Assembly (NCBI GenBank): GCA_030141605.1
Contig: JAQGDQ010000098.1
Coordinates: 576,269 to 640,268, forward strand
Direction: 5' to 3'
Source of the DNA: Tubiluchus corallicola
Lineage: Eukaryota > Animalia > Priapulida
Length of the DNA: 64,000 nucleotides
Part shown: piece by piece, positions 49,201-61,659 of the stretch
Layout: each line of letters starts with the position of its first letter
Numbering within the stretch: the stretch's first letter is position 1
Program-made: the position numbers and the translations under genes
Notes under the pieces: model-generated
Database searches by the model: none
What the model was told of the DNA's origin: nothing
What the model saw: the letters and a program-made list of their open reading frames with translations, nothing else

Positions 49201-52200
49201 TAATTTCACAGCATTACAAGACAGATAATCACAAATTTTTCTGAAACTATTGTAATTCCAAAGCCCCATTTGCTACCAATGGAAGTTTTAACACAGGAAA
49301 CTATCTGTGAATCGCATGTTACTAGTCATCTCTCTATCTGTGTCACGTTAATTGATATTCATTAAACAATCTGTTAAGCATTATACGAGAAACAAAAAAG
49401 CACAAGAAAATATTCTTCATAAATAAAAAGTACGTTGTAAATTGTACACTGTACAAAGTACTTTTGTAAGGGTGCACTGTACAAAACTTGTAAATTTATA
49501 CTCCCGCTATGAGCGCTAGATGGTAAGTCACATGAAACAAGTTTAGATGACCTCGAGTAAATGGTTTGAAAAAATAATCAGAGCATTCGTTGCACACATT
49601 ACTAACTAGCAAAAATATAATTACTTTAAATCATCAGTAAGATCAATAATATATTCTTGGTGAATCAGTGATGCACCTTGAAATGGTGATGCTATTTTAC
49701 CAGGAGACATTTTAAATTATTAAAATTTTCTTTTTCAATTACGTAAGTCTTCTAAACTGATAAGTCTAATACTAAATAATCTAACCTTCTATAGAAAGTT
49801 TTTTGGGGTATAGTTTAGAATACCTTTTTCTTCCTTTTTATAAAGCAGGATTTTTTACCTTACTGCTGTTACAAAGTGGAAAAAAGATTGTAGACATAAG
49901 AAATTTGCATTTCACAGAATTGCAACTTAAACTACTAATCCAGTTTTCCAGTTTTTCTCATTTCTCTACAAAAATGACTACAGTCGTAATAATTTACTCA
50001 AAGATCCAATATTTGTGTTCACATACTAGCTAAAATTTGTTAGCTATACCTGTTATCACTTATTCACATGTTTTCAGGTTTTAACTTTGGAAAGCTCGGT
50101 GCCTGTTATTTTATGATGATTATGATGCAAATGATGAATATGTTACTTAATCAGGTATGCCCTTTTCGGTGCCTAAGCAGTTCGAATAGATTATAAAACG
50201 TTTTCGATATTTATGATAAAGTTGGGAAATAGCCTTTAAAAATATTTATGTTCTGCAGTGCTTTGAAAAGTCGCTTTGTTTTGAATTAATAATTTAAAAA
50301 CTTTGCTACCTTTTCTTAACTTTCTTATTTGGTGGCACAAATTTCAATTTTTCTTGCTTCTTTGGCACAAGTTTCCCTGGACTTTTCAGTGGACCTTTGG
50401 ATAGGTTCTTGTCCATTTCCAACTTTTTCTTTGGAGATTTTGCATTTCTCAATAGTGCTTTTGACACTTTTTGCTGTCTTTTATCAGTCTTGGATAGACG
50501 ATCACGCTTCCTAGGTAGGCTTTCAGCAGTTTCGGATGAGCGATCACGCTTTCTGGATGGGTTTTGAGAATCACTCTTAACTGCTATGCCACTTGTTAAT
50601 TTTTCCTCGTCTGCGGGTGAAACACTCGCAGATGAGACTTTTGGCCTTGCTTTAGGTGAAAACGCTGTACTCGACAGTGATTTTGGTGGCCTGCCTCGCT
50701 TTTTAGGTACAGGCTGTGATTGACTCGAATCAAAATCTTCACCAAATGCTGTGTTCTTTCCTTTGCCAACAAATGAAGCAGCCATCTCACTTGGAAGACC
50801 TGTAATACGTAAAAGCACAGTTCACATCTTCTGTAGTTGCTAGTGGAAAAATGTAGAAAAAAGTAATAGCCAATATTAACACTTGGCATTTATGGATGCA
50901 ACATTACATTTGTAAGATGCAGTAGTAGAACTAGACTCTGAAATTTAACAATCAAATCCATGAAATAGTTAAATATCTGTAGCGTATACATAATTTTCCT
51001 GTAATTTTATGATATCCTTCTTCAACAACCACTTCTTTGCATCAGGGTAGCATTTTTACCTCAGTAATAAAAAGATAGTACTTCTTTTTTTTTCATCAAA
51101 TGCTTAATTTCAAAATACTGTACAATACTGAAGTGCTTTAGTAAGCAATTTTGGAAAAGTTATATTTGTATTATATTTGAATATGACATTACCACAGCAA
51201 CAAATCTCAGCTTCATTTTGCTAAACAGAGCCAGTACTGTTTAACTTTGAGGTTTATGACTATGAGTTAACTGGCTAGTGCTGCGCATTTCTACAGAAAT
51301 GCATCTATAAATTTGAAGTGAACACATTACAGCAGGAAGGAACACGGCAAAACTTCGTCGTGCTTCTATAGCAATAAAGCACATTTATAATGCAACAATC
51401 TGTTATACACAGGATTGATTAAAATACATTTGTAACCTCACTTAATAACTTGGTAATAACTGTAAATTTTACATTAGGTTTGAAAACAATTATATCCCTC
51501 TCACACATGCTGTAAATAAACATGACTGCATCCTCAGGAAAGCAAGATGCAATTTCTTCTTATTTCTTAAATTTAAGAAATATACTTTGAAATGATTGAA
51601 ACTTCCAACTGCTCAGAATATTGTGCAAAATTGTGGAACATGCAGAATCCAATTAAATTAGTAATTATGTGCTAAATAAATTGGAAAATAAGCACATAAA
51701 CAAAAAAGGTGGTATAGGCTGCATCTCATCCCTAAAAAATACCAGGTGTGTGGTTATTCAGAAAGCGAGAGTAGATTTGTCATATCCTACCCTTTTTGTA
51801 AATATGGTAAAAAGTGTACATTTTAACGCCTATAATAAAGCCAAGTGTTTTTGGTAATTAAATAATGGGCTAAAAGCTTAATTAACAACCCTACAGCCCA
51901 AATAGTGACGACATCGCAACTGAACGTAATTTTCAACAGCAAAAACATTCCCTGAATGGTATGCACGTGTTTGGGAAAGCGAAAATTGTAGTACAATGCT
52001 ATAATTACAGTGTGATAAACAAAAACTCTGTGAATTTCAAGTTTACTGCTATGTTTAAACATGAGTTCTCACAAAGGTGTGCACACAAACGAATACCTTT
52101 GTCCTGAGAGGTATATGGCCTGTTTTTTCTGCAACACATTTCCGACATGTATGTGCCAGTGCCAATCTAACTAGCAAATGGCAAAATGCATGTAACAGCA

Positions 52201-55200
52201 AACAACTAGCTGAAAAAATACTATTTTCCCTTTAAATATTTTACAAAGAAGATTATTTTGAGCTGTAGTTTAAGATTGAACCTGGTTTGCCTTTTAACTG
52301 TAAAAGCTTGTCAATAAATCATGTCATGCATATTTTACGTTAATGAACAAGCGCAGCGTGAGGAATAGAAATAGGAACACGTACAATAAAACCACATTAA
52401 TAGCGATTAATCAGAAGACAAGAACAAAGCAAAAGAAGTTTGTATTTTAAGTGAAGTTAGAAAATCCTTAACAATGATCGTACAAACCCACAGTTAATTA
52501 AATTTTGATACCAAACCCAAAAAAGAAATCATGAAAAGTTGGAAAGCAGCCTGAATTTGAACCAGAAACTTTCAGCTTACAAGGCAGGTATCGTAACCCT
52601 AGGTCACCATGTTTCCAAGTGATTATGGCATCCAAATTTAAGTCCATATAGCTGGAGAATCGTTTTAAGATTTCCAAAGTTAGATCGCTCACGCTCGAGT
52701 GATTCAAACCAATTAGACGATTTTTATTTCGATTAAAAATTTGAGACTGAAAAGTACGTGGGTAATTAATCAATTATTTATAATCTTAATCTCAAGACCT
52801 GACAAGAATGAAATTAAACTTATAATAATAAACAAGTCGTTACGTGAGGAAAAACTTGCAGCAGTAAACATTGCAGTCTTCTTCTCTGGTGATTGTAAGA
52901 TTTGCCACATATATAGTTTTCTTCTGCATTAATATAAAGCAACAGTCCCAGAAATCAGCATAAGTGAGTAAAGGGGGACAAAATTCCACCACCATTAAAG
53001 CAAACTGTCAGTAAGAAATGGATTCATTGGATGAGAAATTGTGGTAGAGCTGGCAGACTTTCCAGCAACTGCAATAGAGCTGACTACGGCACATCTACAA
53101 TACGAGGTAGTGCATAAGTGAGTAAAGAGGGACATAATTCCACCACCATTAAAGCAAACTGTCAGTACGAAATGGATTCATTGGATGAGAAATTGTGGTA
53201 GAGCTGGCAGACTTTCCAGCAACTGCAATAGAGCTGATTACGGCACATCTACAACACGAGGTAGTGCATAAGTGAGTAAAGAGGGACAAAATTCTACCAC
53301 CATTAAAGCAAACTGTCAGTAAGAAATGGATTCATTGGATGAGAAATTGTGGTAGAGCTGGCAGACTTTCCAGCAACTGCAATAGAGCTGATTACGGCAC
53401 ATCTACAATACGAGGTAGTGCATAAGTGAGTAAAGAGGGACAAAATTCTACCACCATTAAAGCAAACTGTCAGTAAGAAATGGATTCATTGGATGAGAAA
53501 TTGTGGTAGAGCTGGCAGACTTTCCAGCAACTGCAATAGAGCTGATTACGGCACATCTACAATACGAGGTAGTGCATAAGTGAGTAAAGAGGGACATAAT
53601 TCCACCACCATTAAAGCAAACTGTCAGTAAGAAATGGATTCATTGGATGAGAAATTGTGGTAGAGCTGGCAGACTTTCCAGCAACTGCAATAGAGCTGAT
53701 TACGGCACATCTACAATACGAGGTACAGTACACAAATGTTGTATAATTTGAAATTGGCTTAACAGCAAAAACCCTTTTTTTATATAAGCACCTAAAAATT
53801 CATTTTTCCTACAAGCAAAGAACTCAATGTTGTAACTTTTATAAAACAAAGGTATTGGTTAACAACAATGTCGGCTACCTTGAAGATCAGATCTTTGTTT
53901 TTCTGTTTCTATTTCTTGTTTCACTTCAAATGTAGGAAGCTTGACAGCTAAGGCTTTGCTTTCAATGTTACCAAGTTCAGATGCTGGAAAAAACCGACTC
54001 AGTAGGTATAAAGCACAAATATGCATTTACAAATAGACTGTAAAAACAGGCATGTGAAATCTACTGTGCAAAACACTATATTTTAAACCATTTTAGAACT
54101 GCAGCACACGAGTGATAAATATAATCTCAAAAAGCATTATACGAGCTGATACATAAATCAGTTTATTCTTATAGTTTCAGTTACGGAAATCAAGTTGTTT
54201 GTGCTCTTGTAAAAATGTATAAATTTTTGGTCTTTCATATAAGATTTCGCACACCATCATCAACTTCTCTGTTCTATGACTCTACTAATTGCGCGTCACA
54301 TTATTCACTGCGAGAAAGACAGAAACACAGACATATTGCTGAGATAAATTACGGCAAAATTAGCTTAATAAAAACGGTAGCACATAGTCCATTAGACACT
54401 TGACTACGCTACAGAAAATGGCGAATAACCACCTAAGCTGTTGATTAAACTAAACGATTCTATTATTTTGTTGTACTAAAGAGGAGACAATTTTTAATCA
54501 GAAAACCACTTATAAATTACGAAAATAACTCGAAAAGTACCAAGTGCAAAAAATCGTCAAATGTGAAATTATCAAATTAGATGTCCAAACAATGAGTATA
54601 AAGAAAAAAGTCTTATTTTACCACTTGACTTAGCAGGACTGCTGAATTCAATCCTTATGGGTCGTCCCAACTCAAAATCACCTCCGGCGTAACTCTTCTT
54701 TATTACCCTTCCACTTTTAGATAAAGATGGACTAACCTTGAGTTCAGAGAATAATTAATATTAAAAAAATTATAAACAAGCATCACCGAACTTATTTAAT
54801 GAAAGAGAAATCTACCATGGAAAGAAACGGTTAACAAATGACATTACAAATACCAGATTAACCACACTTTCTTACATATTCAGCTGTTGCTAATAGAAAA
54901 ATACCACAAATGGTTTACCTCTACGTCAGTATTGTGACTGACATCTTTAACTGGAGTTTGCTCTTTAAGTTTTTTGGGTGAAGGTTTTGGGTTAGACGAT
55001 CGAAGTGACAGCTTTCGCTTTCTCTGCAATTATAATGAATTACATATAGGATTATTATATAAATGACTCCTGACTGCCATTATAAAAGTTAAAAATGTAT
55101 TTAAAGCATGGATGTCATAATTCCAAATTTCCGTCAGTTATAAATGTTGATGTAACTATACTTTTGCCGAGCCTTCACTCTCCGTAGATGACTGGGACAT

Positions 55201-58200
55201 CGGTAGATATACCTAAAAGAAACAGTAATTTAAATTCAAGTATTCTGCTGTGCAATATTTCTACAATCATAAAAACCAAAATTACGAAACTTAAATAAAA
55301 GGCCAAGCCTAGTGGGAAGTTGGGCTTATTTCAACATTCGCAAAAAATTAGAAACATTCAGAAGTATGATAAGTGCCTTGTGTAATTAGAAAATCATTTT
55401 ATTAGAGTTGCAATCATTTCACACGTGGGCGCTCCCATTTTGAACACCTATTCCACCAGTGATGTTGTTTAATAATCGAAGAAAAGCAGCACGCTGTCAA
55501 TTTCTGTCTAAAGTATCATAAGCTTAAATTGTGTGATACTTTCGCATAAATATTAGGTAACTTCCAGTAGTTGAATTAGTTTAAGCAGCACGTGCTTGCA
55601 GAAAGTCACAATGCACTTAGGAAAAGTCACAAAGTGAACCAGTTACGTCATAATTTTCAAGTGAATGGCAGCTACTACCGCGCTTAAAAATTCCCATACA
55701 GCGATGGTATCAATTAACTTTTAGCCTCATAGACAGTTTTTTGCAAATTTTTTTGTTATATTTTTCTAAGTTTGAGCCCACCATGTTAAATAAAGGGTCA
55801 TTTCCTTTAATTATAAGATACAAAAGTAATAGACTAGTATACCAGTGGTTCAACTTCAGGGTTATTCTCAATTTCCCACATTCCGATGTTGAAAACTTCG
55901 CGCTTGTGAGGTTGTCCCCATTTTGCCTTGTTTTGGTCATTATACGGCAGTATGTTCTTTGGATACAACATTGCACTGCAAAAATAACAGATAAATGCAT
56001 TAATTGTGGAGAACTTCAATTATTGCTAAAGAAGCATATAAAAAAGAGATACATATAAAAAGGAGCAGATGTAGGCACATGAGAGAGATAGCAAGCTAAC
56101 AACCATGGTAAAAACAGCCATATCTTTTGGCTTACTTATATTGTGTATAATGAAATTATGACAAAATGAAATTTTAGATAAGGTAGTGTTCTGGAATAGA
56201 AGTAAACCATTTCACGAAAAAAAGTGCTGGTTTTTTCTCTTATTATCAAACAGTTATTATTCTAATTCCGATACTTAGACACTGACGGGACAGCTGCCAC
56301 ATTTTGCAGCTATAGGCTGGCTGTCACATAAAACAGATATTAAACAAGCTTTACTCCTAGTAGTGATAAGTAAGTTAAGAGTAACCAGCTGCTGCATACT
56401 GAATTGATATAGGCTCATTGATAATGAGATAAGAATTATACAAATTCAGTGGAAAAATTAACAGCTAGAAAAATGGAATCCCTAGTAATCAAACAAATTG
56501 TAGCAAATGCAAAAAAATCACAAATAAATCATGAAGTAATAGTACCAGCTGGGCTCCAAATAAGACTGTAATTGCATAATTACACATTGATTGCTAAACA
56601 AAAACCGATTGGAAATGAAAACATGGGTACGTAAAATGCAATAAAAATAGCAATTACACATTTACACTACCTTATTACCTTTGGCTATTTGCTGGGCTGA
56701 GGGATAACACACCTCAGTTTGATTTGCTGTCTGGTAATCATCTCAGTTTAGTTAAAAGTTATAAGAACTTAAGAAAATTTACAATTAAAAACATGTACTT
56801 ACGTTTCATGAGTGCCAAAGAAAAACACAAAGTGCTTTTTAGGGGGAACTATTACACCGACAGGCGGTTCATCAATCTGAAAACAGTTTGTATTTATGTA
56901 CATATGAGCTACTTGGTTGTACCCATTGTATGTGTGCACATAATACATGAGCAGTTGTGCATACACGTATATATTCGCATATATCAGGTGACATCAAAAA
57001 AATTGGCCAAAGTTTAGGTAATAAAAATATTAGAATTGTCCTACAAAGCAAAATTTCACAGCATGGTGCTACAATACATTAGGTTTTGGCTGTGAAAGTT
57101 ACAAATTTATAGTTTTAGTGGTTTTTAAGCCATGACCGAAAAGGTTTTGCACGTTCAAAAATTAAATGCCGTAAAAATATCAGCTAATCATCAATTGAAA
57201 AACAGCCAAAGTGATATATAAGCACTCAACATGGCAGCAATACAGTAAAGGAATCAATTAGTTTATATCACGGTTTTTACTACAAAAGGTAAGCCACTGA
57301 TAAGGATTTTTATCGGTAAAAAAATGTGACTTACTCCTCTGGTCTATGGTATCTAGAATTTCCTTACCAAAAGTGCATACTGGCTGCACAGAGCCATTTG
57401 ATGCCAAAGAACTAAAGGCTAAAATTATTAAATGCTGGGACCAAATACCCATTAAAGAAGTGAGAAACTGTATCAGCTTTTGGAAATAACACCTTCGTCT
57501 AGTTCGCAGTGAAAATGATGAACACCATGAGCACAGAGCACTTGCAGTAAATTTTAACAATAGTGACATACAAGATATTTCTGGCATTTATTTTTGGCTT
57601 GTTGATTTAAAAGTGCTGTGTCTTTACAAAAATTTAAGGGAATGATCTATTTATACATCATCATATGCAACAGCACTGTTGTAATTTTTGAGGCATTTCA
57701 TTTTTTTCTTTTTATAACACCGTAATCAGAACTTCAGCTATCGTATAAGATGCTAAATCTTCGTTTTATGTGCTTTTATTCATATTGACAAAGCGACTTT
57801 TTAACTGCTTTGAAAAACTAAGAAGAGAGTTTTGTCTACCTTTGTACGATAAATGTTTTTAGCTAATAAAGTATTACGGAAGGGTAAAAAATGCCAGTTC
57901 CTTAAACAGTTTAAATGGTATGCTATTAAGGTTTAACATGTATTAGTGTTTGGTTATTGTCTGTTAATAATGATGCAGATTTCCAAAGTCTAGGTGGCTA
58001 TAGTTTCACGACAAAAAAATTAAACACAAGTGACGAAAAATAACATGCCGGGTCTATCCCTGACATTACAAGACAAATTTAAATGACTAAGTACTCTAGC
58101 AGCATTACCATTAATACCAAAGCTACCGAGGGCATTAGACTGCTTTTTCAAACTGATCGCAAATATAATTTTGTTTTCACTCGCATGACAAATGAAAAAA

Positions 58201-59074
58201 ACATACCGAACACTTGGCCAGAAAGTAAGTAAATGTGTTTTCATAAAGTTGAACCGTTTTGTAAGAATTTTTCTAGATGTGAAGAGACTTCAAAACTTAA
58301 TTATAACAGAGCTATAAATAAAATATACAACAGCAAAGCAATGCAGAAATCAGAGTATTAACTTTTAATCATCAGGGGTTTTCTCAGGTATTCAGTGAGG
58401 GGTAACATTGACTATTCTCTAAGCAAAATTTAGCACATCTTCACTCGTCATGCACTTTTGAAACAAGCAGCAATTAATAGACCATGTATAAACTAAATAT
58501 CATGGTCACCTGCAAACTTTTCAATGTTATAAAACTTTGTAGCAAATAAAAAATTAAGAATTTACACAACGACTACAGTTAAGTTCAAAAGTTAAATTTT
58601 TAGCAAAATTTTTAATCTGCTGACTTTATATCATTCATTTTAAGGTGTTGAAAATCAACAATAATTCACCAAAGTTGTTTCTCAACACAAAAACTTTAAT
58701 AAAAGAACAGTAATCAAGCTATCCCATATCAGGATAAAAAGTGGATAAGCACTAAGCTGATAGATCAAGTGACGATAGTCAGGAAACAGAAAATGAAACC
58801 TTTATTAAATTTATTATATGTCTTATGTTATACAATTGTACAAAACTTAACTATGACAGGATACAATACTTTCAAATTCACCGTTCTCACATGGAGTGTG
58901 ATACCTTGCATCTAGCATTCTACAACAAGAGAGCACAGCGTGCAGCAACGCAACACTATTCAACAATTAAACATATTTGCTTACACGAGCAGGCCAAAAT
59001 GGAAAACCTTTCACTTTGGCAAAAACTAAATCACCAACATTGTAAGTTACTTCTTCTACACTATTGGATGCCAT
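37223..59074 (-). CDS. HDGF-related chromatin reader of the LEDGF/p75 (PSIP1)/HDGFL2 family: PWWP, AT-hook and integrase-binding domain (IBD); about 17 exons, about 751 aa
   Basis: Phase-compatible minus exons: 59074-58985 (MASNSVEEVTYNVGDLVFAKVKGFPFWPAR), 56876-56803 (IDEPP..HFVFFFGTHET), 55975-55843 (AMLYPKNILPY..WGQPHKREVFNIGMWEIENNP), 55212-55162, 55023-54919, 54736-54622, 53983-53879, 50799-50310 (KKRGRPPK AT-hook), 49110-48942, 48393-48290, 47635-47497 (RLAQINYTIVSNLQAD), 45940-45839 (DHDTCLKAMEELYNL), 45693-45583 (CMQYIYNRRIRTKARDLFDLFRSMF), 44769-44667, 44276-44181, 37929-37816, 37377-37223. The last two exons are joined by phase compatibility only. Confidence 0.85.
40549..40940. repeat. 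Diverged tandem repeat, about 3 copies of a 105-142 bp unit
   Basis: CTCTTAATGA.TAAATGGCAAA.TTTT.CATAACAT.AACGACAAGAC.AGCA...TTTACAT.TTGAAAATAGATGTTTA recurs at about 40549, 40691 and 40797. Confidence 0.8.
41162..42388 (+). CDS. Platelet-activating factor acetylhydrolase (PLA2G7/PAFAH2 family); catalytic domain in one uninterrupted ORF, about 408 aa from this ATG
   Basis: [65 protein letters not shown]; nucleophile MGHSFGAAT; catalytic Asp in [21 protein letters not shown]; catalytic His in [17 protein letters not shown] lies about 70 nt after the stop. A short upstream coding exon at 39322-39356 is possible. Confidence 0.93.
   Translation: [408 protein letters not shown]
42635..43293. mobile_element. 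hAT-type MITE
   Basis: AGGGGTGCACCAAAT at 42635 and the inverted ATTCGGCGCAACCCTG ending at 43293, with ACCGAA-type subterminal motifs. The target duplication is not resolved. Confidence 0.5.
52547..52612 (-). mobile_element. tRNA-derived SINE head or tRNA pseudogene remnant
   Basis: The minus strand reads GGTGACCTAGGGTT (A-box-like) ... GGTTCAAATTC (B-box-like) at tRNA-like spacing. The stems do not close into a cloverleaf. Confidence 0.4.
52958..53725. repeat. Tandem array, 5 x 154 bp, near-identical
   Basis: GCATAAGTGAGTAAAG... starts at 52958, 53112, 53266, 53420 and 53574 (period 154) with only a few substitutions between copies. It is intronic in the PWWP-IBD gene. Confidence 0.97.
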
Positions 59075-59699
59075 CTTGTACTCATTAAAACCTAAATAAA
59101 AAAAGAAAATAAACAATCATACCAGTAAACGTTTATTTAAGAGTTTCAAAAAAGGTTTTAAAGCAGGGTCTAATAAGATCAAGTGTTTTAAAAATTTTTT
59201 AATCTTGGTTAACATAAGCTCTGTAGTCTGTATAGTCAGTAGCAGTTTCCTAAGTAGCTTCAATGGCTAAGTAAGTTAGGTCTGGTTCAATGCTGACCAT
59301 AACACAACAAAACCACTTCAACTTGCACATCAGGCACACTTCCTTGCAGTTTAGATTATTCTTGACAACTGCACATTCGATACTGTTGCAACATCAACAA
59401 CCTTAACCTGAAAATAGCATTAACTCTTACGTAGTTGAAGTATTAATTTATGAGAATCGCCTAAACCGTAAAATGTTACCTTCTGTGTTTGGCAGAGTAG
59501 CTGGATGTCCAGTTTTGAGCTCGGCAGTTCTGTTTTACTTTAGGAACTCTTTAAGTGACACCACGTATTACACTTATTGCACAGTATTGGTTTATGGCAA
59601 GGCTCACAATCCTTGATACAAAACAGAACAGATACAAAATGTTAGACATTTAATATACATTTTCCAATCAATACATTACTAATTTTGATGAGGTGAGCG

Positions 59700-60420
59700 C
59701 TACTAGTATTAGCAGCTTTCTTTTTTCAACATAAGCCATGTTAAACAGCTTTTGTATTGAGTTTCAATATTCTCTGAGTTATCTGACGTCTGCATCATGG
59801 TTTTACCAGACATGTCTGTAATTCAGTTGCTTTTTGCACTGTTAAGCCTGATAAAACAGTAACCAGTTATGTTTTATGACACATTCATTCATGTATATAG
59901 GATTTATCGAGGTGTAACGTAAGTGATTAGCCTTTTTAGTGTGTTTTTAGCAGCAAAATTTTGTCAAGACTTGACAATTATTGGTGTTTGTCCTGATTTT
60001 GATTTTTGTAAATGATCATTAATATCATTGTGGCATAGTTATACGTTAATTTGGACAAAAACCCTTCAGATATTTCATCTGTGCATTCTAAAGAAGATTC
60101 TAGAACTCCTGAGATCTCTAACAATTCTCTCCTGCCATACTGGTTCAAATCATTAACTGCCTTATCAGCATTTTGCACTAGTGTTTGAAGAATATTTATT
60201 GTTTACTTGAGTGTATTATTTTCATTCTCGATTGCAATGTGCGTTGTTCATCTTGTTCAGCTAAAATAGCACCATACTAACGAGATGTGAATTCTTGGCT
60301 CTTTGTTAATTTCCCAATTTGCCTATCTATACTAAGTAATCTGGAGTCCATTGTGGATTACAGAATAAGGTCTGTTCTTTCACTAAGCATGCCAAGTCTT
60401 AGTTTCATTGACTGTAGTAC
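59700..60420 (-). mobile_element. Decayed LINE ORF1 (coiled-coil/RRM type) remnant
   Basis: Minus-strand fragments MDSRLLSIDRQIGKLTKSQEF and DKAVNDLNQYGRRELLEISGV resemble the SQEF.S and L(E/N)QYSRR..LEI.G motifs of L2/CR1-group ORF1 proteins. Confidence 0.65.
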
Positions 60421-61335
60421 ACCAGCTAGCTTTTCAATTTGTCATTACAGCTCTCGACTGCCTGTGCATTGCGATTGTGAACGAGCATTGTGATTGTCAA
60501 ATATGGTGATGATGTTAGTAAATCATCACAACAGCCCGGTAATAGGTCCGTCTTACTATTATTAATGAAGCTGTACAGTAAGTCCTCATTTAACGATGCT
60601 AATGCATTCCAGCAAACCATGATGCTAAGCGAAACATTGTTAAACAAAACCAAGATTTCCATAGAAAGTAATGCAAAAGAATTGAGAATCGTTTCCGAGG
60701 CAAAAAACAATGCTACTTGATTCAAATAAACTGAGACTATCGTTTTCTACACATTTCATCTAATTAATTTTTTCTGCTTGGTTGAAACTACCTATATTTC
60801 TTTCCAATACCTAGCTAGCATCAACCTTGAAGCCCTAACTACATAGACAGTGGGTGAACACTGCATAGTAAAAGCCAAGCCCTGGGGAGCAGAGGTGCAC
60901 AAATCGCAGAACTGAGAACCCAGATTTGCATAATTTTTTGTGGATTTGCAGTGTTGCGGAACTAGGTAATTTCTTAACTATTGTTTGCGGACTCAATAGG
61001 GAGGTACATAAATCACATCTAATTATTTTTTTAGCTTTTTTCTAATAATGAGGCATATTTAATTGTTTAGTGACTGATAATGACCAGCAGTCTTCGACAC
61101 TTAGACATTTGTATTGCAAGTGCGTTCTGCCAAAGAGCCCTTTTTCATCCATTGCTATGGGTATGACTTTGCTGCTTTTTCATGCAATCTGCTGATACGC
61201 GATGCAACAGACTGTGTAGTACATTAATCAACTGGTTGGAATATCTTGGAATAACTGAAATTTGATAAAAGAATTTTTTTGTACTGTGAGAGTGAATAAG
61301 AGTAGCCACTAAACACTTTTAGATGTAGTGAGGAA

Positions 61336-61659
61336 ATGGAATGCAGGAATGAAGTGATGAATTATTTTGACTTAAGTACGATTATTGAGCGACATACTAA
61401 AAAAGGATTTGATGTTTTGTCATTCTGGAAAAGAAAGAAAATTACTTTTCGAAGTCTACATTGCATTGCAAAACTGATGTTTAGTGTTCCTGCATCATCA
61501 GCACAATCTGAACCTGTGTTCGTACTTGAGTGGGCATACTGTCAACAAGAGGACAAGATTATCATTAAATCCACAAAATTTGGACAGAACATTAGTTTTA
61601 AACAGCAAGCAAAAGTGATCAATCAATTTACAAGAAAGGCCAGTTTTTTAGTGATCTGA
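61336..61659 (+). mobile_element. hAT transposase C-terminal dimerisation-domain remnant; the element may span about 60890-63089
   Basis: FDVLSFWKRKKITFRSLHCIAKLMFSVPASSAQSEPVF matches the hATC pattern (D.L.WW......FP.L..LA..LL..PA.SA.SER.F). Candidate termini are CAGAGGTGCACAAAT (about 60890) and ATATCGGTGCATCCTTA (about 63073-63089). Confidence 0.75.

Noticed and set aside
52547-52612. Functional tRNA gene
   Set aside because: Only degenerate A and B boxes are present. The acceptor and anticodon stems do not pair.
52958-53725. CRISPR array or ribozyme-containing retrozyme
   Set aside because: The units are fully repeated with no unique spacers, there are no cas genes and the context is eukaryotic. 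No hammerhead core (CUGANGA...GAAA) is present on either strand.
59250-59410. PHD-finger exon (CKEVCLMCKLKWFCC)
   Set aside because: It is short, bounded by stops, lies upstream of the PWWP start codon and has an incomplete ligand pattern.
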